A stretch of 43,404 nt of DNA. Source: Bacillota bacterium (GTDB lineage Bacteria; Bacillota; Clostridia; Christensenellales; Borkfalkiaceae). The notes under the pieces are model-generated. The model did not search any database. It saw only the letters and a list, made by a program, of their open reading frames with translations, and was not told the origin of the DNA. The stretch is from the NCBI GenBank assembly GCA_023403375.1, contig JAEYEN010000024.1:1-43404 (forward strand), given 5' to 3'. How positions within the stretch are numbered: the stretch's first letter is position 1; each line of letters starts with the position of its first letter. A program made the translations under genes and the position numbers. Below, in pieces: positions 17,135-26,661 of this stretch.

Positions 17135-18955
17135 TTATTTAAGTACCGCTTTGATTCTTCTTATTCCGGACGCGGAACTTTCTTCCTTTTTAATTTCAAA
17201 CTTACCTAAATCGCCCGTGTTTTTTGCGTGCGGTCCGCCGCAAATCTGTTTATCAACGCCCGCTATCGTATAAACCGATACTATCTGGTCTTCGGAAGTG
17301 GGATTAAACACGCCGTAAGCCCCTTCTTTTATAGCCTGACTATACGGAATTTCCGTTCTCACAACGTCTATCTTTTGGGCGATAACGTCGTTTACGAAAT
17401 TTTCCAACTGTTTCAACTCGTCTTCGGTCATCTTATGGTCGCAGTTAAAGTCGAATCTCATTCTTTCTTCGGTTATATTAGAGCCTTTTTGCTCGGTTTT
17501 TTCGCCGAACATTTTTCTCAGTCCCGCAAGCATGATATGCGTTGCAGTGTGGTAATTAGTTGTGATTTCCGTTCTTTCGGTAAGACCGCCTTTCGCGCTC
17601 TGTGCCTGCGCTTTGGATATTTCCTGATGTGCTTTGAACGCTTCGTCAAAACCTTTTTCGTCTACCGTCAAGCCCCTTTCCGTAAGCAATTCTTTCGTGA
17701 GTTCCAACGGGAAGCCGAACGTATCGTATAATCTGAACGCCTGTTTTCCGCTCATTTCCGTTTCGGGAACGTAGTCCGCGTTCTTTACTTTCATAAACGC
17801 GTTCTTTCTCTCTATGCCCGTAACGCACTTATCGAATTCTTTCATACCCGAAACAAGCGTCGCTTCAAACTTCTTTATCTCTTTTTCGATTTCGTCGAGA
17901 ATATAATTTTCTTTTTCTTTAAGAAGCGGATAGGCTTTATCGTAAACTTCTTCTATAAAAATTTTCGCAACGTTGCACATTTCGGCGGAACTTATTTCCA
18001 GCGACTTGCAATACCTTATCGCGCGGCGCAAAAGTCTTCTTAAAATATATCCCGCGCCCGTGTTGGACGGCGTTATTCCGTTTACGTCGCCTATAAGCAT
18101 AGTTGCGGTTCTCACGTGGTCTGCAATTATCCTTATCGCTTTTTTAGCCTTTTCGTCGTTATCGTAACTCTTTCCGGAAACCTTTTCCAGATATTTAACG
18201 CTGTCTATGAAAAGGTCGGTTTTATACCCGTCGTCAAGTCCGTTAAGGAACACCAAGAGTCTATCTAAACCAAACCCCGTGTCTACGTTTTTGTTCTCCA
18301 ACTCGGTATACGTATTGTTCGGGCCCTTTTTATACTGCATATAAACGTCGTTGCCGACTTCTACGTATCTGTCGGAAGTTAAAAAGTCCGAACTGTTTTT
18401 TTCTATATCGTAACGGGGATAGAACCATTCGTTATCGGGTCCGCACGGCGTTCCCACGGTGCCTTCCAATTCCCACCAGTTGCTGGATTTGTCGAGATAG
18501 AAAACGTTCTCTTCTCTGATTCCTAAACTTTTAAGATATTCCGCCGTTTCGGTATCTCTTTTCACGCTCTCGTTCCCTTCAAAAACCGTAGAGCAGATTT
18601 TATCTTTATCAAACCCAAAAACCTGCGTTAAAAGTTCAAACGTCCAGCGCGTTTTTTCCTTTTTGAAATAATCGCCAAGGCTCCAATTTCCCATCATCTC
18701 GAAAAAGGTGAAGTGAGTAGCGTCGCCGACGGAATCTATGTCCACCGTTCTCACGCAACCCTGAACGTTGCAAAGCCTTGTCCCCTTAGGATGTTTTTTG
18801 CCCAGAAGATACGGCATAAGCGGTTGCATACCCGCAACGTTAAACATAACGCCCGTCGTTCCGTCGCCTATCAGAGAAACCGCGCCGATATTGACGTGCC
18901 CTCTTTCTTCGTAAAACTTAATCCATTTTTCTCTTAGTTCTTTCGATGTTATCAT
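17135..18955 (-). CDS. alaS: Alanine--tRNA ligase, short form lacking the C-Ala domain
   Basis: 606 aa. Class II catalytic core (FNVAGMQP, FFEMMGNWSLGDYFK, VDTGFGLDR) and editing-domain motifs HTATHIM and CGGPHAKNTG. Ends directly after the editing domain. Confidence 0.85.
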   Translation of the reverse strand: MITSKELREKWIKFYEERGHVNIGAVSLIGDGTTGVMFNVAGMQPLMPYLLGKKHPKGTRLCNVQGCVRTVDIDSVGDATHFTFFEMMGNWSLGDYFKKEKTRWTFELLTQVFGFDKDKICSTVFEGNESVKRDTETAEYLKSLGIREENVFYLDKSSNWWELEGTVGTPCGPDNEWFYPRYDIEKNSSDFLTSDRYVEVGNDVYMQYKKGPNNTYTELENKNVDTGFGLDRLLVFLNGLDDGYKTDLFIDSVKYLEKVSGKSYDNDEKAKKAIRIIADHVRTATMLIGDVNGITPSNTGAGYILRRLLRRAIRYCKSLEISSAEMCNVAKIFIEEVYDKAYPLLKEKENYILDEIEKEIKKFEATLVSGMKEFDKCVTGIERKNAFMKVKNADYVPETEMSGKQAFRLYDTFGFPLELTKELLTERGLTVDEKGFDEAFKAHQEISKAQAQSAKGGLTERTEITTNYHTATHIMLAGLRKMFGEKTEQKGSNITEERMRFDFNCDHKMTEDELKQLENFVNDVIAQKIDVVRTEIPYSQAIKEGAYGVFNPTSEDQIVSVYTIAGVDKQICGGPHAKNTGDLGKFEIKKEESSASGIRRIKAVLK

Positions 18956-18998
18956 TTTGATTCCTGTCTTTTTTTGTTTTCTGAGGTTTCTTTTAGTT

Positions 18999-20396
18999 TT
19001 ATTTTTTTGTTAAAGAGTAGCCGTCTTTTCCGACCGAAACGTTATATCCGGCGGCGTTTATGTCGGCGCGGAGTCGGTCTGCCAGAGCGTAATCTTTAAC
19101 CGCCCTTGCCGCCTGCATTTTTTCCGCCAAATCCACGATGTCCTGCGGGAGTTCGGCTTTTTCGGATTTTCCGTATTTTTTAAGGAATTCCTTAGGTTCG
19201 GACTTAAACAGTCCTAAAAGAGAATAGGTGTTTTTAATCTGATTTAACCGTGCGCCGGCGCTACTGTCGTTTGCCGCGATTTTAGCCTTAATTTCCTTAA
19301 AATACACAAACAGATTGCTTATCGCAAGCGCGGTGTTAAAGTCGTTATCCATAGCGTCGTTAAATTCGTCGTCAATCTTCTTGTATTCGCCCGTTATCGC
19401 TATCCCCTTTTCTTCCGCCGCGTTAAACACGCCGTAAAATTCCGCAAGGTGCTTTTCCGCTTCGGGAAAGAGCGAATCGGTAACGTTTATATCGCCCCTG
19501 TAATTAGTGGAAAGAAGCGCGAGTTTAATCGTTTCGGGAGAATATTCGTCGAGCAAGTCTTTAAGCAAAAGACTGTTTCCCAAAGATTTACTCATCTTCT
19601 GCCCGTTGACTTTGATAAGTCCGTTATGAATCCAATATTTAGCGAACGGCTTGCCCGTAAGCGATTCCGACTGCGCGATTTCGTTTTCGTGATGGGGGAA
19701 AATCAAATCTCTGCCGCCGCCGTGAATATCTATCTCTTCGCCGAACGCCTTTTTATTCATTGTGGAGCATTCTATATGCCAACCGGGTCTGCCTTTGCCC
19801 CACGGCGATTCCCAGCAAGGTTCGCCTTCTTTCGCCGCTTTCCAGAGCGCAAAGTCCAGCGGATTTTTCTTTTCTTCGTCGTTGTCTATTCTCACGCCGT
19901 TCATTGCGTCTTCCAGATTTCTGTGCGACAACTTGCCGTAAGACGGAAAACTTTCGACGGAAAAATACACGTCGCCGTTTTTGGTCGCATAGGCGTGCCC
20001 TTTTTCTATCAACGCCGAAACGAACGCGATAATATCGCCGATACATTCGGTTGCTTTAAGCCACACGTCGGGGTCGCCGACGTCTAATCTTTTCATTTGC
20101 TTGTCTATGCTTTTAATGGTCATAATCGCGTACTTATCGGCGGGGATACCCGTTTCGTGCGATTTTGCAATTATTTTATCGTCTATATCCGTATAGTTTC
20201 TCGCATAGGTAACGTTATAGCCCTTTTTCACGAGATACTTTCTTATAATGTCGTAAATAAGCGCCTGATAAGCGTGCCCGATATGCGCTTCGCCCGATAC
20301 GGTTATACCGCAAGCGTACATTTTAACGTTTTTTCCGTCCAGCGGAATAAATTCTTCTTTCGTACCGGAAAGTGTGTTGTATATTTTCATATTCAC
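18999..20396 (-). CDS. cysS: Cysteine--tRNA ligase
   Basis: 465 aa. HIGH motif (AHIGHAY) and KMSKS present. Confidence 0.92.
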   Translation of the reverse strand: MNMKIYNTLSGTKEEFIPLDGKNVKMYACGITVSGEAHIGHAYQALIYDIIRKYLVKKGYNVTYARNYTDIDDKIIAKSHETGIPADKYAIMTIKSIDKQMKRLDVGDPDVWLKATECIGDIIAFVSALIEKGHAYATKNGDVYFSVESFPSYGKLSHRNLEDAMNGVRIDNDEEKKNPLDFALWKAAKEGEPCWESPWGKGRPGWHIECSTMNKKAFGEEIDIHGGGRDLIFPHHENEIAQSESLTGKPFAKYWIHNGLIKVNGQKMSKSLGNSLLLKDLLDEYSPETIKLALLSTNYRGDINVTDSLFPEAEKHLAEFYGVFNAAEEKGIAITGEYKKIDDEFNDAMDNDFNTALAISNLFVYFKEIKAKIAANDSSAGARLNQIKNTYSLLGLFKSEPKEFLKKYGKSEKAELPQDIVDLAEKMQAARAVKDYALADRLRADINAAGYNVSVGKDGYSLTKK

Positions 20397-21028
20397 CTTT
20401 TATTTTTAAGTTCTTCTATTTCTTGCTCTAACGTGTAAAGTTTATCTCTTAAATGGCAAATTTCTTCCTGCAACGGGTCGCATTTTTCCTGTTCCAAATC
20501 GGCAACCTTTTCGCCGTTAATTCTTACGACTCTTGCGGGAACGCCCACAACCGTAGCGTGCGGCGGCACTTCTTTAAGCACGACCGCGCCCGCCCCGATT
20601 TTTGCGAATTCGCCGACCGTGAACCCGCCGAGAACTTTTGCACCCGCGCTGATAACGACGCCTTTTTTAATGGTGGGGTGGCGTTTACCCGTTTCTTTGC
20701 CCGTTCCGCCGAGAGTTACGCCCTGATAAATAACCACGCCTTCTTCTATCTCCGCCGTTTCGCCTATAACTACGCCGGCGCCGTGGTCGATGAACACGCC
20801 CGAAGCGATTTTAGCCGCAGGGTGAATTTCTATACCCGTAAGCCACTTTGCGTACTGACTGGTTATTCTCGCCAGAAGTTTAAATTTTATTCTGTATAAA
20901 AAGTTCGCCCACCTGTGCCAGGATAACGCTTTCACGCCCGAATACGTAAGCCATATTTCAAACTTGCTTCTGGCGGCCGGGTCGTTTGCTTTTGCGGCGT
21001 TTATATCCGCCCTTAATCTCTTAAACAT
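20393..21028 (-). CDS. cysE: Serine O-acetyltransferase with a C-terminal coiled-coil extension
   Basis: 211 aa. N-terminal SATase helix region and left-handed beta-helix hexapeptide repeats (GIEIHPAAKIASGVFIDHGAGVVIGETAEI). 4-nt overlap with cysS. Confidence 0.9.
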   Translation of the reverse strand: MFKRLRADINAAKANDPAARSKFEIWLTYSGVKALSWHRWANFLYRIKFKLLARITSQYAKWLTGIEIHPAAKIASGVFIDHGAGVVIGETAEIEEGVVIYQGVTLGGTGKETGKRHPTIKKGVVISAGAKVLGGFTVGEFAKIGAGAVVLKEVPPHATVVGVPARVVRINGEKVADLEQEKCDPLQEEICHLRDKLYTLEQEIEELKNKR

Positions 21029-21054
21029 TTTTTGTCCTTTTCCGTTATACTTTT

Positions 21055-21813
21055 TTAATATACTTTTATGCCCGACTGCTCTATTGCGTTACGGAGTTCT
21101 TTCGGGAAGTTTTTGTCCACCACCATACAGTTTATATCGTTTAACGAAGCAAACGTATAGGTGGAATTATTGTTTACCTTTGAACTGTCTAAAAGCATAA
21201 TAACGTTGTTCGCGCGTTTTATCGCCTGACGTTTAACTTCCGCTTCGGACTGGTTTCCGCAGGTAAAACAACCGCTGCTGTTGATAAAGCCCGTTGCCGT
21301 CATCACTGCGGTCTGAATATTTATCTGTTGCAAAAAGTCCGAACAGGTTTTGCCGACCGTTATAAAATTATTCTTTTTAACGTCGCCCCCCAAAAGGGTT
21401 ACGGTGGGTTTATCCTTTCTCAGAACGGTTTCCGCTATGCTTAACGCGTTGGTTATAATATAGTAATTATCGTCGGGGAGCGCCCTTGCAAAAAAAGTCG
21501 TGGTAGAACCGCTGTCTACAAAAATACAACTTTTAGGTTCCACAAGTTTTATCGCTTTGTCGGCAATCTCGCGTTTTTCTTCGGTGTTATAAATAATACG
21601 TTCCGCAAAATCATTGTCCTTTGCTTTCAATACGCTGTCAACCGAAATCGCCCCGCCCGAAATTCTTATAACGGCATTCTTTTCTTCTAACCTTAATAAA
21701 TCGCGCCTTAAAGTCATTCCCGATACTTCGGGAAAGGCTATTTCGAGTTCTTTAAAGGTAACTTTGCCGTATTTGTCTACAAATTCTTTAATTTCCTGTA
21801 ATCTTTCTTTCAT
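21055..21813 (-). CDS. DeoR/GlpR-family transcriptional regulator
   Basis: 252 aa. N-terminal wHTH (VTFKELEIAFPEVSGMTLRRDLLRLEE) and a C-terminal DeoR sugar-binding-type domain. Confidence 0.85.
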   Translation of the reverse strand: MKERLQEIKEFVDKYGKVTFKELEIAFPEVSGMTLRRDLLRLEEKNAVIRISGGAISVDSVLKAKDNDFAERIIYNTEEKREIADKAIKLVEPKSCIFVDSGSTTTFFARALPDDNYYIITNALSIAETVLRKDKPTVTLLGGDVKKNNFITVGKTCSDFLQQINIQTAVMTATGFINSSGCFTCGNQSEAEVKRQAIKRANNVIMLLDSSKVNNNSTYTFASLNDINCMVVDKNFPKELRNAIEQSGIKVY

Positions 21814-21826
21814 ACAAAAAACCTAC

Positions 21827-21863
21827 TTTGTTACATTGTAACAAATACCTTTAATTTTGGCAA
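21827..21863 (-). promoter_or_regulatory. deoR promoter with an overlapping 19-bp perfect palindromic operator
   Basis: Minus strand TTGCCA (21858-21863), 17 nt, TACAAT (21835-21840). The palindrome TTTGTTACA-T-TGTAACAAA (21827-21845) is centred on the -10. Confidence 0.55.
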
Positions 21864-21962
21864 GGAATAATGATAAATTTTAACTTTTTTTACCTGTTTT
21901 TCGCCTTGCGTTTTCGTTTAACAAAAAATATAACGCAAAATTAAAGTAAGCCCCCGAATTAA

Positions 21963-22095
21963 GGTCTGAAAATAACGTCCGTAAATAAAGTTCCCGAACA
22001 ACGTCTTTAAAAAAGGCCCCCGAAAATTCCGGGATACCGTCCTTAATACCGTCTTTGACACGTCTTTGATAGCGTCCTTAGCACAGTCCTTGATT
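21963..22095 (+). repeat. Helically phased direct repeats CGTCYTTRA
   Basis: Copies start at 22038, 22050, 22061, 22073 and 22085 (spacing 11-12 bp). Looser copies occur at 21976 and 22002, and GCCCCCGAA occurs twice. Confidence 0.7.
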
Positions 22096-22174
22096 CGGTG
22101 TCATTAAAAAAGCGGCAGTTTTACCCCGTTCAGAACGTTTATAAAAAAATTGCTTCTATTTGTTCATCATATTA

Positions 22175-22203
22175 TTGATTTTTAGCCAAAATAACGCTAT
22201 AAT
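22175..22203 (+). promoter_or_regulatory. Sigma-A promoter of serS
   Basis: TTGATT, 17 nt, TATAAT. Confidence 0.55.
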
Positions 22204-22257
22204 GTTTGTTGAATTAAATTTCGGAAAACATTCGGGAGAAAACATTCGGAGAAAATT

Positions 22258-23544
22258 ATGTTAGATTTAAAAAGAATTCTGAAAGAGAAAGAAAAAATCG
22301 AAGAACTTTTGTCGAGAAAGGGCTACAAAGCCGATTTTGACCGCATAATCTCGCTTGACGCGGAAAGAAGAAAAGTCATCGGCGAAGTGGAAACTCTTAA
22401 AGCGGAAAGAAACAAAGTTTCGGCGGAAATTCCCAAACTTAAAAAAGAAGGAAAGCCCGTAGACGGCATATTTGCGGATATGCGCGCTCTGGGCGAAAAG
22501 ATTGCGGAAGGCGATAAAAAAGCAAACGAATTGGACGAACAGATTTTTAACGCGCTTGCCGTTATGCCGAATATTCCCGACGAAGACCTGCTTGCAGGCG
22601 AAAAGGAAAACAATCGGGTTATAAAAGTTGTCGGCGAAAAACCCGTTTTCGATTTTGCGGCGCAAAACCACGTAGATATTTGCAACAAGTTAGGAATTAT
22701 CGATTATCAACGCGGCGTTAAACTTTCGGGCGGCGGCTTCTGGCTTTACAGGGGCGACGGCGCAAGGCTGGAATGGGCGCTTCTTAATTTCTTTATTTCG
22801 GAACACTTAAAAGACGGGTACGAATTTATACTTCCACCCCACCAGTTAGGTTATACGTGCGGTTTCGGTGCGGGGCAGTTCCCCAAATTCTCCGACGAAG
22901 TTTACTGGCTTGATTGCGACGAAGACAGAAAGAAAAACAGATTTATGTTACCTACTGCGGAAACGGCGCTTGTCAACATGTATTCGGGCGAAATTATCGA
23001 CGAAGACAAACTCCCGATGAAATTCTTTGCTTACACCCCCTGCTATCGTAAAGAAGCGGGTTCTTACAGGGCGGAAGAACGCGGAATGATAAGGGGACAT
23101 CAATTCAACAAAGTGGAAATGGTTCAATACGCGCACCCCGAACACAGTAAAGAAGCCTTTGAAGAACTTGTAAACAAAGCGGCGTCTTTAATGGAAAAAT
23201 TAGGGTTGCATTTCAGAATAAGTAAACTTGCCGCGGGCGATTGTTCCGCGTCTATGGCGAGAACTTACGATATAGAAGTCTGGATTCCTTCTATGGGAAT
23301 TTATAAAGAAGTAAGTTCGGTTTCCAACGCCAACGACTATCAGGCAAGAAGAAACAATACCAAATACCGCGACAGTAAAACGGGCAAACCCGCTTACGTT
23401 CACACGCTCAACGGGTCGGGGCTTGCCACCAGCAGAGTTTTCCCCGCGATAATCGAACAGTTCCAGAACGCCGACGGAAGCGTTACGATTCCCGAAGTGT
23501 TAAGACCGTTTATGGGCGGGCAGGAAGTAATAAAAGCAAAATAA
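22258..23544 (+). CDS. serS: Serine--tRNA ligase
   Basis: 428 aa. N-terminal coiled-coil arm and class II motifs (FMLPTAE, YTPCYRKEAGS, LNGSGLATSR). Confidence 0.93.
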   Translation: MLDLKRILKEKEKIEELLSRKGYKADFDRIISLDAERRKVIGEVETLKAERNKVSAEIPKLKKEGKPVDGIFADMRALGEKIAEGDKKANELDEQIFNALAVMPNIPDEDLLAGEKENNRVIKVVGEKPVFDFAAQNHVDICNKLGIIDYQRGVKLSGGGFWLYRGDGARLEWALLNFFISEHLKDGYEFILPPHQLGYTCGFGAGQFPKFSDEVYWLDCDEDRKKNRFMLPTAETALVNMYSGEIIDEDKLPMKFFAYTPCYRKEAGSYRAEERGMIRGHQFNKVEMVQYAHPEHSKEAFEELVNKAASLMEKLGLHFRISKLAAGDCSASMARTYDIEVWIPSMGIYKEVSSVSNANDYQARRNNTKYRDSKTGKPAYVHTLNGSGLATSRVFPAIIEQFQNADGSVTIPEVLRPFMGGQEVIKAK

Positions 23545-23572
23545 AAAAGAGCGGGTTTTCACCCGCTTTTTT
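23545..23572 (+). terminator. Rho-independent terminator after serS
   Basis: GCGGGT-TTTC-ACCCGC followed by TTTTTT. Confidence 0.8.
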
Positions 23573-23814
23573 AATAAGAAAATTTTATTATAAGCATTTT
23601 TCGGTAAAAACTTTTTGCGGAATTTATCGGGAGTTTGTTTATAAAAGTTGACAAAACGGATATTACATTTTAACCTGTAAATTGCATATAATAAAAATAG
23701 GCTTTTTACGTTTTACCGAAAAACAACTATAAACGAATATAAACGAAAGACGTGCGATTGTAAAATTCGTTTGTAACACACAACTAAAAACATTGTGCTA
23801 AAAGGAGATAAATT

Positions 23815-24405
23815 ATGAGAATTTGTGTTTACGGTGCATCAAGCAATAAAATTTCGCCGAGATACGTTTCGGCTGTGGAGAGTTTAGGTTGCACGCTCGC
23901 AAAAAGGGGACATAGCCTTGTTTTCGGCGGCGGAAACGACGGGGCGATGGGCGCCGCGGCAAGGGGCGTTGCCCGTGGCGGCGGCAAAATACTCGGTATC
24001 GCGCCCAAATTTTTGAATGCAGACGGCGTGCTTTATAAAAACTGCACGGAAATAATTTATACCGAAACTATGAGAGAACGTAAAAAACTTTTGGAAGACA
24101 ATGCGGACGCTTATATAATTACCCCGGGCGGAATGGGCACTTTCGACGAACTTTTTGAAATTTTAACGTTAAAACAGTTAGGTCGTGAAAACAAACCGAT
24201 AGCTTTTTATAACGTAGACGGATACTATAATCCCTTAATAGCCATGCTCGAAAACGCCGTCAAAGAAAACTTTATGACGGAAGAGTCCACCTCGCTCTAT
24301 TCGGTTTTCGACAATGCAGACGAACTGTTTGAATATTTAGAAAACTATTCTTACGAAATTAAGGACGTTTCCTGTTATAAATCGGTTCCGCATATCAACA
24401 AGTAA
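23815..24405 (+). CDS. LOG-family (TIGR00730-type) Rossmann-fold nucleotide-binding protein
   Basis: 196 aa. Motifs GGGNDGAMGAAARG and PGGMGTFDELFE. Confidence 0.85.
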   Translation: MRICVYGASSNKISPRYVSAVESLGCTLAKRGHSLVFGGGNDGAMGAAARGVARGGGKILGIAPKFLNADGVLYKNCTEIIYTETMRERKKLLEDNADAYIITPGGMGTFDELFEILTLKQLGRENKPIAFYNVDGYYNPLIAMLENAVKENFMTEESTSLYSVFDNADELFEYLENYSYEIKDVSCYKSVPHINK

Positions 24406-24564
24406 AACTTTAAGATAAGTTTTCAACAAACTCTCAACTCAATCCCGATTGATTTTAATCTATTTTCGATATAAAACATAATCCGTTTCGGGGCAATTTT
24501 TAACGAATTTCATTGAGTTTTATTGAGATTGTTTTTAAATGAGCATTTGATAATAAAAAAAGAA

Positions 24565-24591
24565 AAAGACCGCTTTTAAAAAGCGGTCTTT
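24565..24591. terminator. Bidirectional terminator between the LOG gene and the MATE gene
   Basis: AAAGACCGCTT-TTAAA-AAGCGGTCTTT flanked by A- and T-runs. Confidence 0.7.
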
Positions 24592-24778
24592 ATTGCTATC
24601 TTTTATCAAAACTTTAATAGCCTGATTTTCTTTATTGTTTAATTAAATATTGTTTTATTATATACTGTTATCTACAATAAAAGCGGGCAATAAAAATATA
24701 GGTTTTCGTGCGCATCTGCAATGTTTTTCCGTCGGTATATCGGCTTTCCGCACGATTAAACCTTATTTTTACGGCGTT

Positions 24779-26149
24779 TTACAACTTCTCGGCCGCAAGC
24801 GACTTTTCTTTAAGTTTTTTAGACGGGCGGTATATTAAAAGTGCGACAAGCAGGAATATCGCGGTCGTTCCAAGGCTTACGGGATAGACTATCATTATAG
24901 AAGTAAATGTATTGTAAACCTTAAAGACGGTGTAAATCCAGACGATTCTTATTCCGCACACGCCGATGATAGTAAGTATCGCAGGGACGAGCGAAATTCC
25001 GTACCCCCTTAAATAAGACGCCGCAATTTCGTACAGCATACTGAAAATATACGCCGAGAAAATAACGACAAGTCGGGTATACCCTAAACTTATAACTTCG
25101 GGGTCGCCGTTGAAAATTGCAAGCAACGGTTTCCCTGCAAGAAGAATCAGTCCAACGGAAATCGCGGTCGCAATCAAATCTTCGAGCAGACATATTCCCA
25201 GAATTTTTTTACACCTGTCAAACTGTCTGGCTCCGTAGTTTTGCCCCGTAAACGTCGTGCACGCCTGACTGAACGAGTTGATAACAAAGTATGCGATAAT
25301 CTCTAAGTTATACGCCGCGCTGGAAGCCGCCATCACCGTCGCCCCAAGACTGTTTATCGCAGACTGAATAACTATGTTTGAAAGCGAAAACACCGCGCCC
25401 TGCAAACCGGACGGAAAACCTATTCTGATTATTCCTTTGAAACTATCTTTGTAGATTCTTAACTCTTTTATTCTGACTTTTATCGGCTTGTTTGTTTTAA
25501 GCAAAACGATAAATAATATAATCGAACTAAGCGCATTTGAAACGACCGTTGCGATAGCAACGCCGTCAACGTCCATTTTCAGCACGATAACGAAAAACAA
25601 GTTAAGCAAAACGTTTATCACGCCCGAAACCGCAAGCGCGATAAGCGGAAGTTTTGTCTGCCCTATACTTCTGAAAATCGCCGCTTCAAAATTGTATAAC
25701 AAAATTACGGGCATTCCTAACAGGTAGATTCTTAAATACTTCGTGGAATACGGCAGCACGTCTTCGGGAACGTTCAGACTTTGTAACAAATACGGCGCAA
25801 CAATCTCGCCTATTGCCGCAATAACCACGCCGAATATAACGGAAAGCACAACAGAAGTATGCACCGCTCTCCGCACGCCGTCTTCGTTACCTTCTCCTAT
25901 GCATTTAGAAATAACGACGTTCGCACCTAACGCAAACCCGACGAAAAAGTTTATTATTAAATTTATAATCGGTCCGTTCGCACCGACGGCAGCCATGGCG
26001 ACCGTTTTCAGTTCGCCCGTAAAGTTACCGACAATCGCCACGTCAGACGCATTAAAAAGTTGTTCTAATATTGCGGTAGCGGCAACCGGCAACGCAAATA
26101 ATAATATTTTGTTCCATAATTTGCCGCTAAGCATATCGCTTTTTATCAT
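24779..26149 (-). CDS. MATE-family efflux transporter
   Basis: 456 aa with ~12 predicted TM helices. Typical MATE N-terminus LWNKILLFALPVAATAILEQLFNASDVAIVG. Confidence 0.88.
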   Translation of the reverse strand: MIKSDMLSGKLWNKILLFALPVAATAILEQLFNASDVAIVGNFTGELKTVAMAAVGANGPIINLIINFFVGFALGANVVISKCIGEGNEDGVRRAVHTSVVLSVIFGVVIAAIGEIVAPYLLQSLNVPEDVLPYSTKYLRIYLLGMPVILLYNFEAAIFRSIGQTKLPLIALAVSGVINVLLNLFFVIVLKMDVDGVAIATVVSNALSSIILFIVLLKTNKPIKVRIKELRIYKDSFKGIIRIGFPSGLQGAVFSLSNIVIQSAINSLGATVMAASSAAYNLEIIAYFVINSFSQACTTFTGQNYGARQFDRCKKILGICLLEDLIATAISVGLILLAGKPLLAIFNGDPEVISLGYTRLVVIFSAYIFSMLYEIAASYLRGYGISLVPAILTIIGVCGIRIVWIYTVFKVYNTFTSIMIVYPVSLGTTAIFLLVALLIYRPSKKLKEKSLAAEKL

Positions 26150-26661
26150 ATCAAGCCCGCTTTTCGCCTTTTGTTTTTTCTTTTATATCCTTTACTTTTT
26201 TAACGTTTTCTTTTTTAGAAAACAAAAAAAATATAAACTGTCAAATAAATTATCGTCCTGCCCTTGTTAATTGAATAATAGTCTTACCACCGCCACCCTT
26301 GTTTAAAAGGTAGTTTTTAGCGCGATCGCTAATTAACGATGAAGTTACGCTAACCACAAACTGTTTGTGTTCGTCCATAATGTAAAACCAAAATTGTTAT
26401 TTGTTTATAAAAATATATATTTTATAAAAATATATGTGCAGAAAGAATTATACGCTTTCTGTTCCATGATAGCAATCGTTTATCAAACTTTTATTTTCCG
26501 TCGACACCTTTTCCTTAAATTATACTGCCTGATTGCGCTTGACCGCTTAGGTGTTTTTTTATACTTGTCGGTCACTACAAAATAGTATAGTGCCAGCATC
26601 TTTTTATAACGAAGTAAATGGTTTCATACTGCCTTTTTTTTAAAACAAAAGTTTATATTGT

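Noticed and set aside
21814-22257. I expected a Ser T-box upstream of serS, and a Cys T-box upstream of cysE-cysS.
   Set aside because: There is no AGAGA/specifier/GGGTGGTACCGCG-type T-box sequence and no terminator/antiterminator pair. The leader from the predicted TSS is only about 50 nt. I noted only a tandem 14-bp duplication (GAAAACATTCGG at 22224 and 22238) that creates two SD-like GGAG sites.
26250-26378. I considered whether the 42-aa ORF is a truncated HesB/IscA-like protein or a CC/Se-motif selenoprotein (KGGGG..LTRAG).
   Set aside because: The resemblance is only impressionistic. The ORF ends at TAA rather than TGA, I saw no SECIS-like hairpin, and no Cys motif is present.
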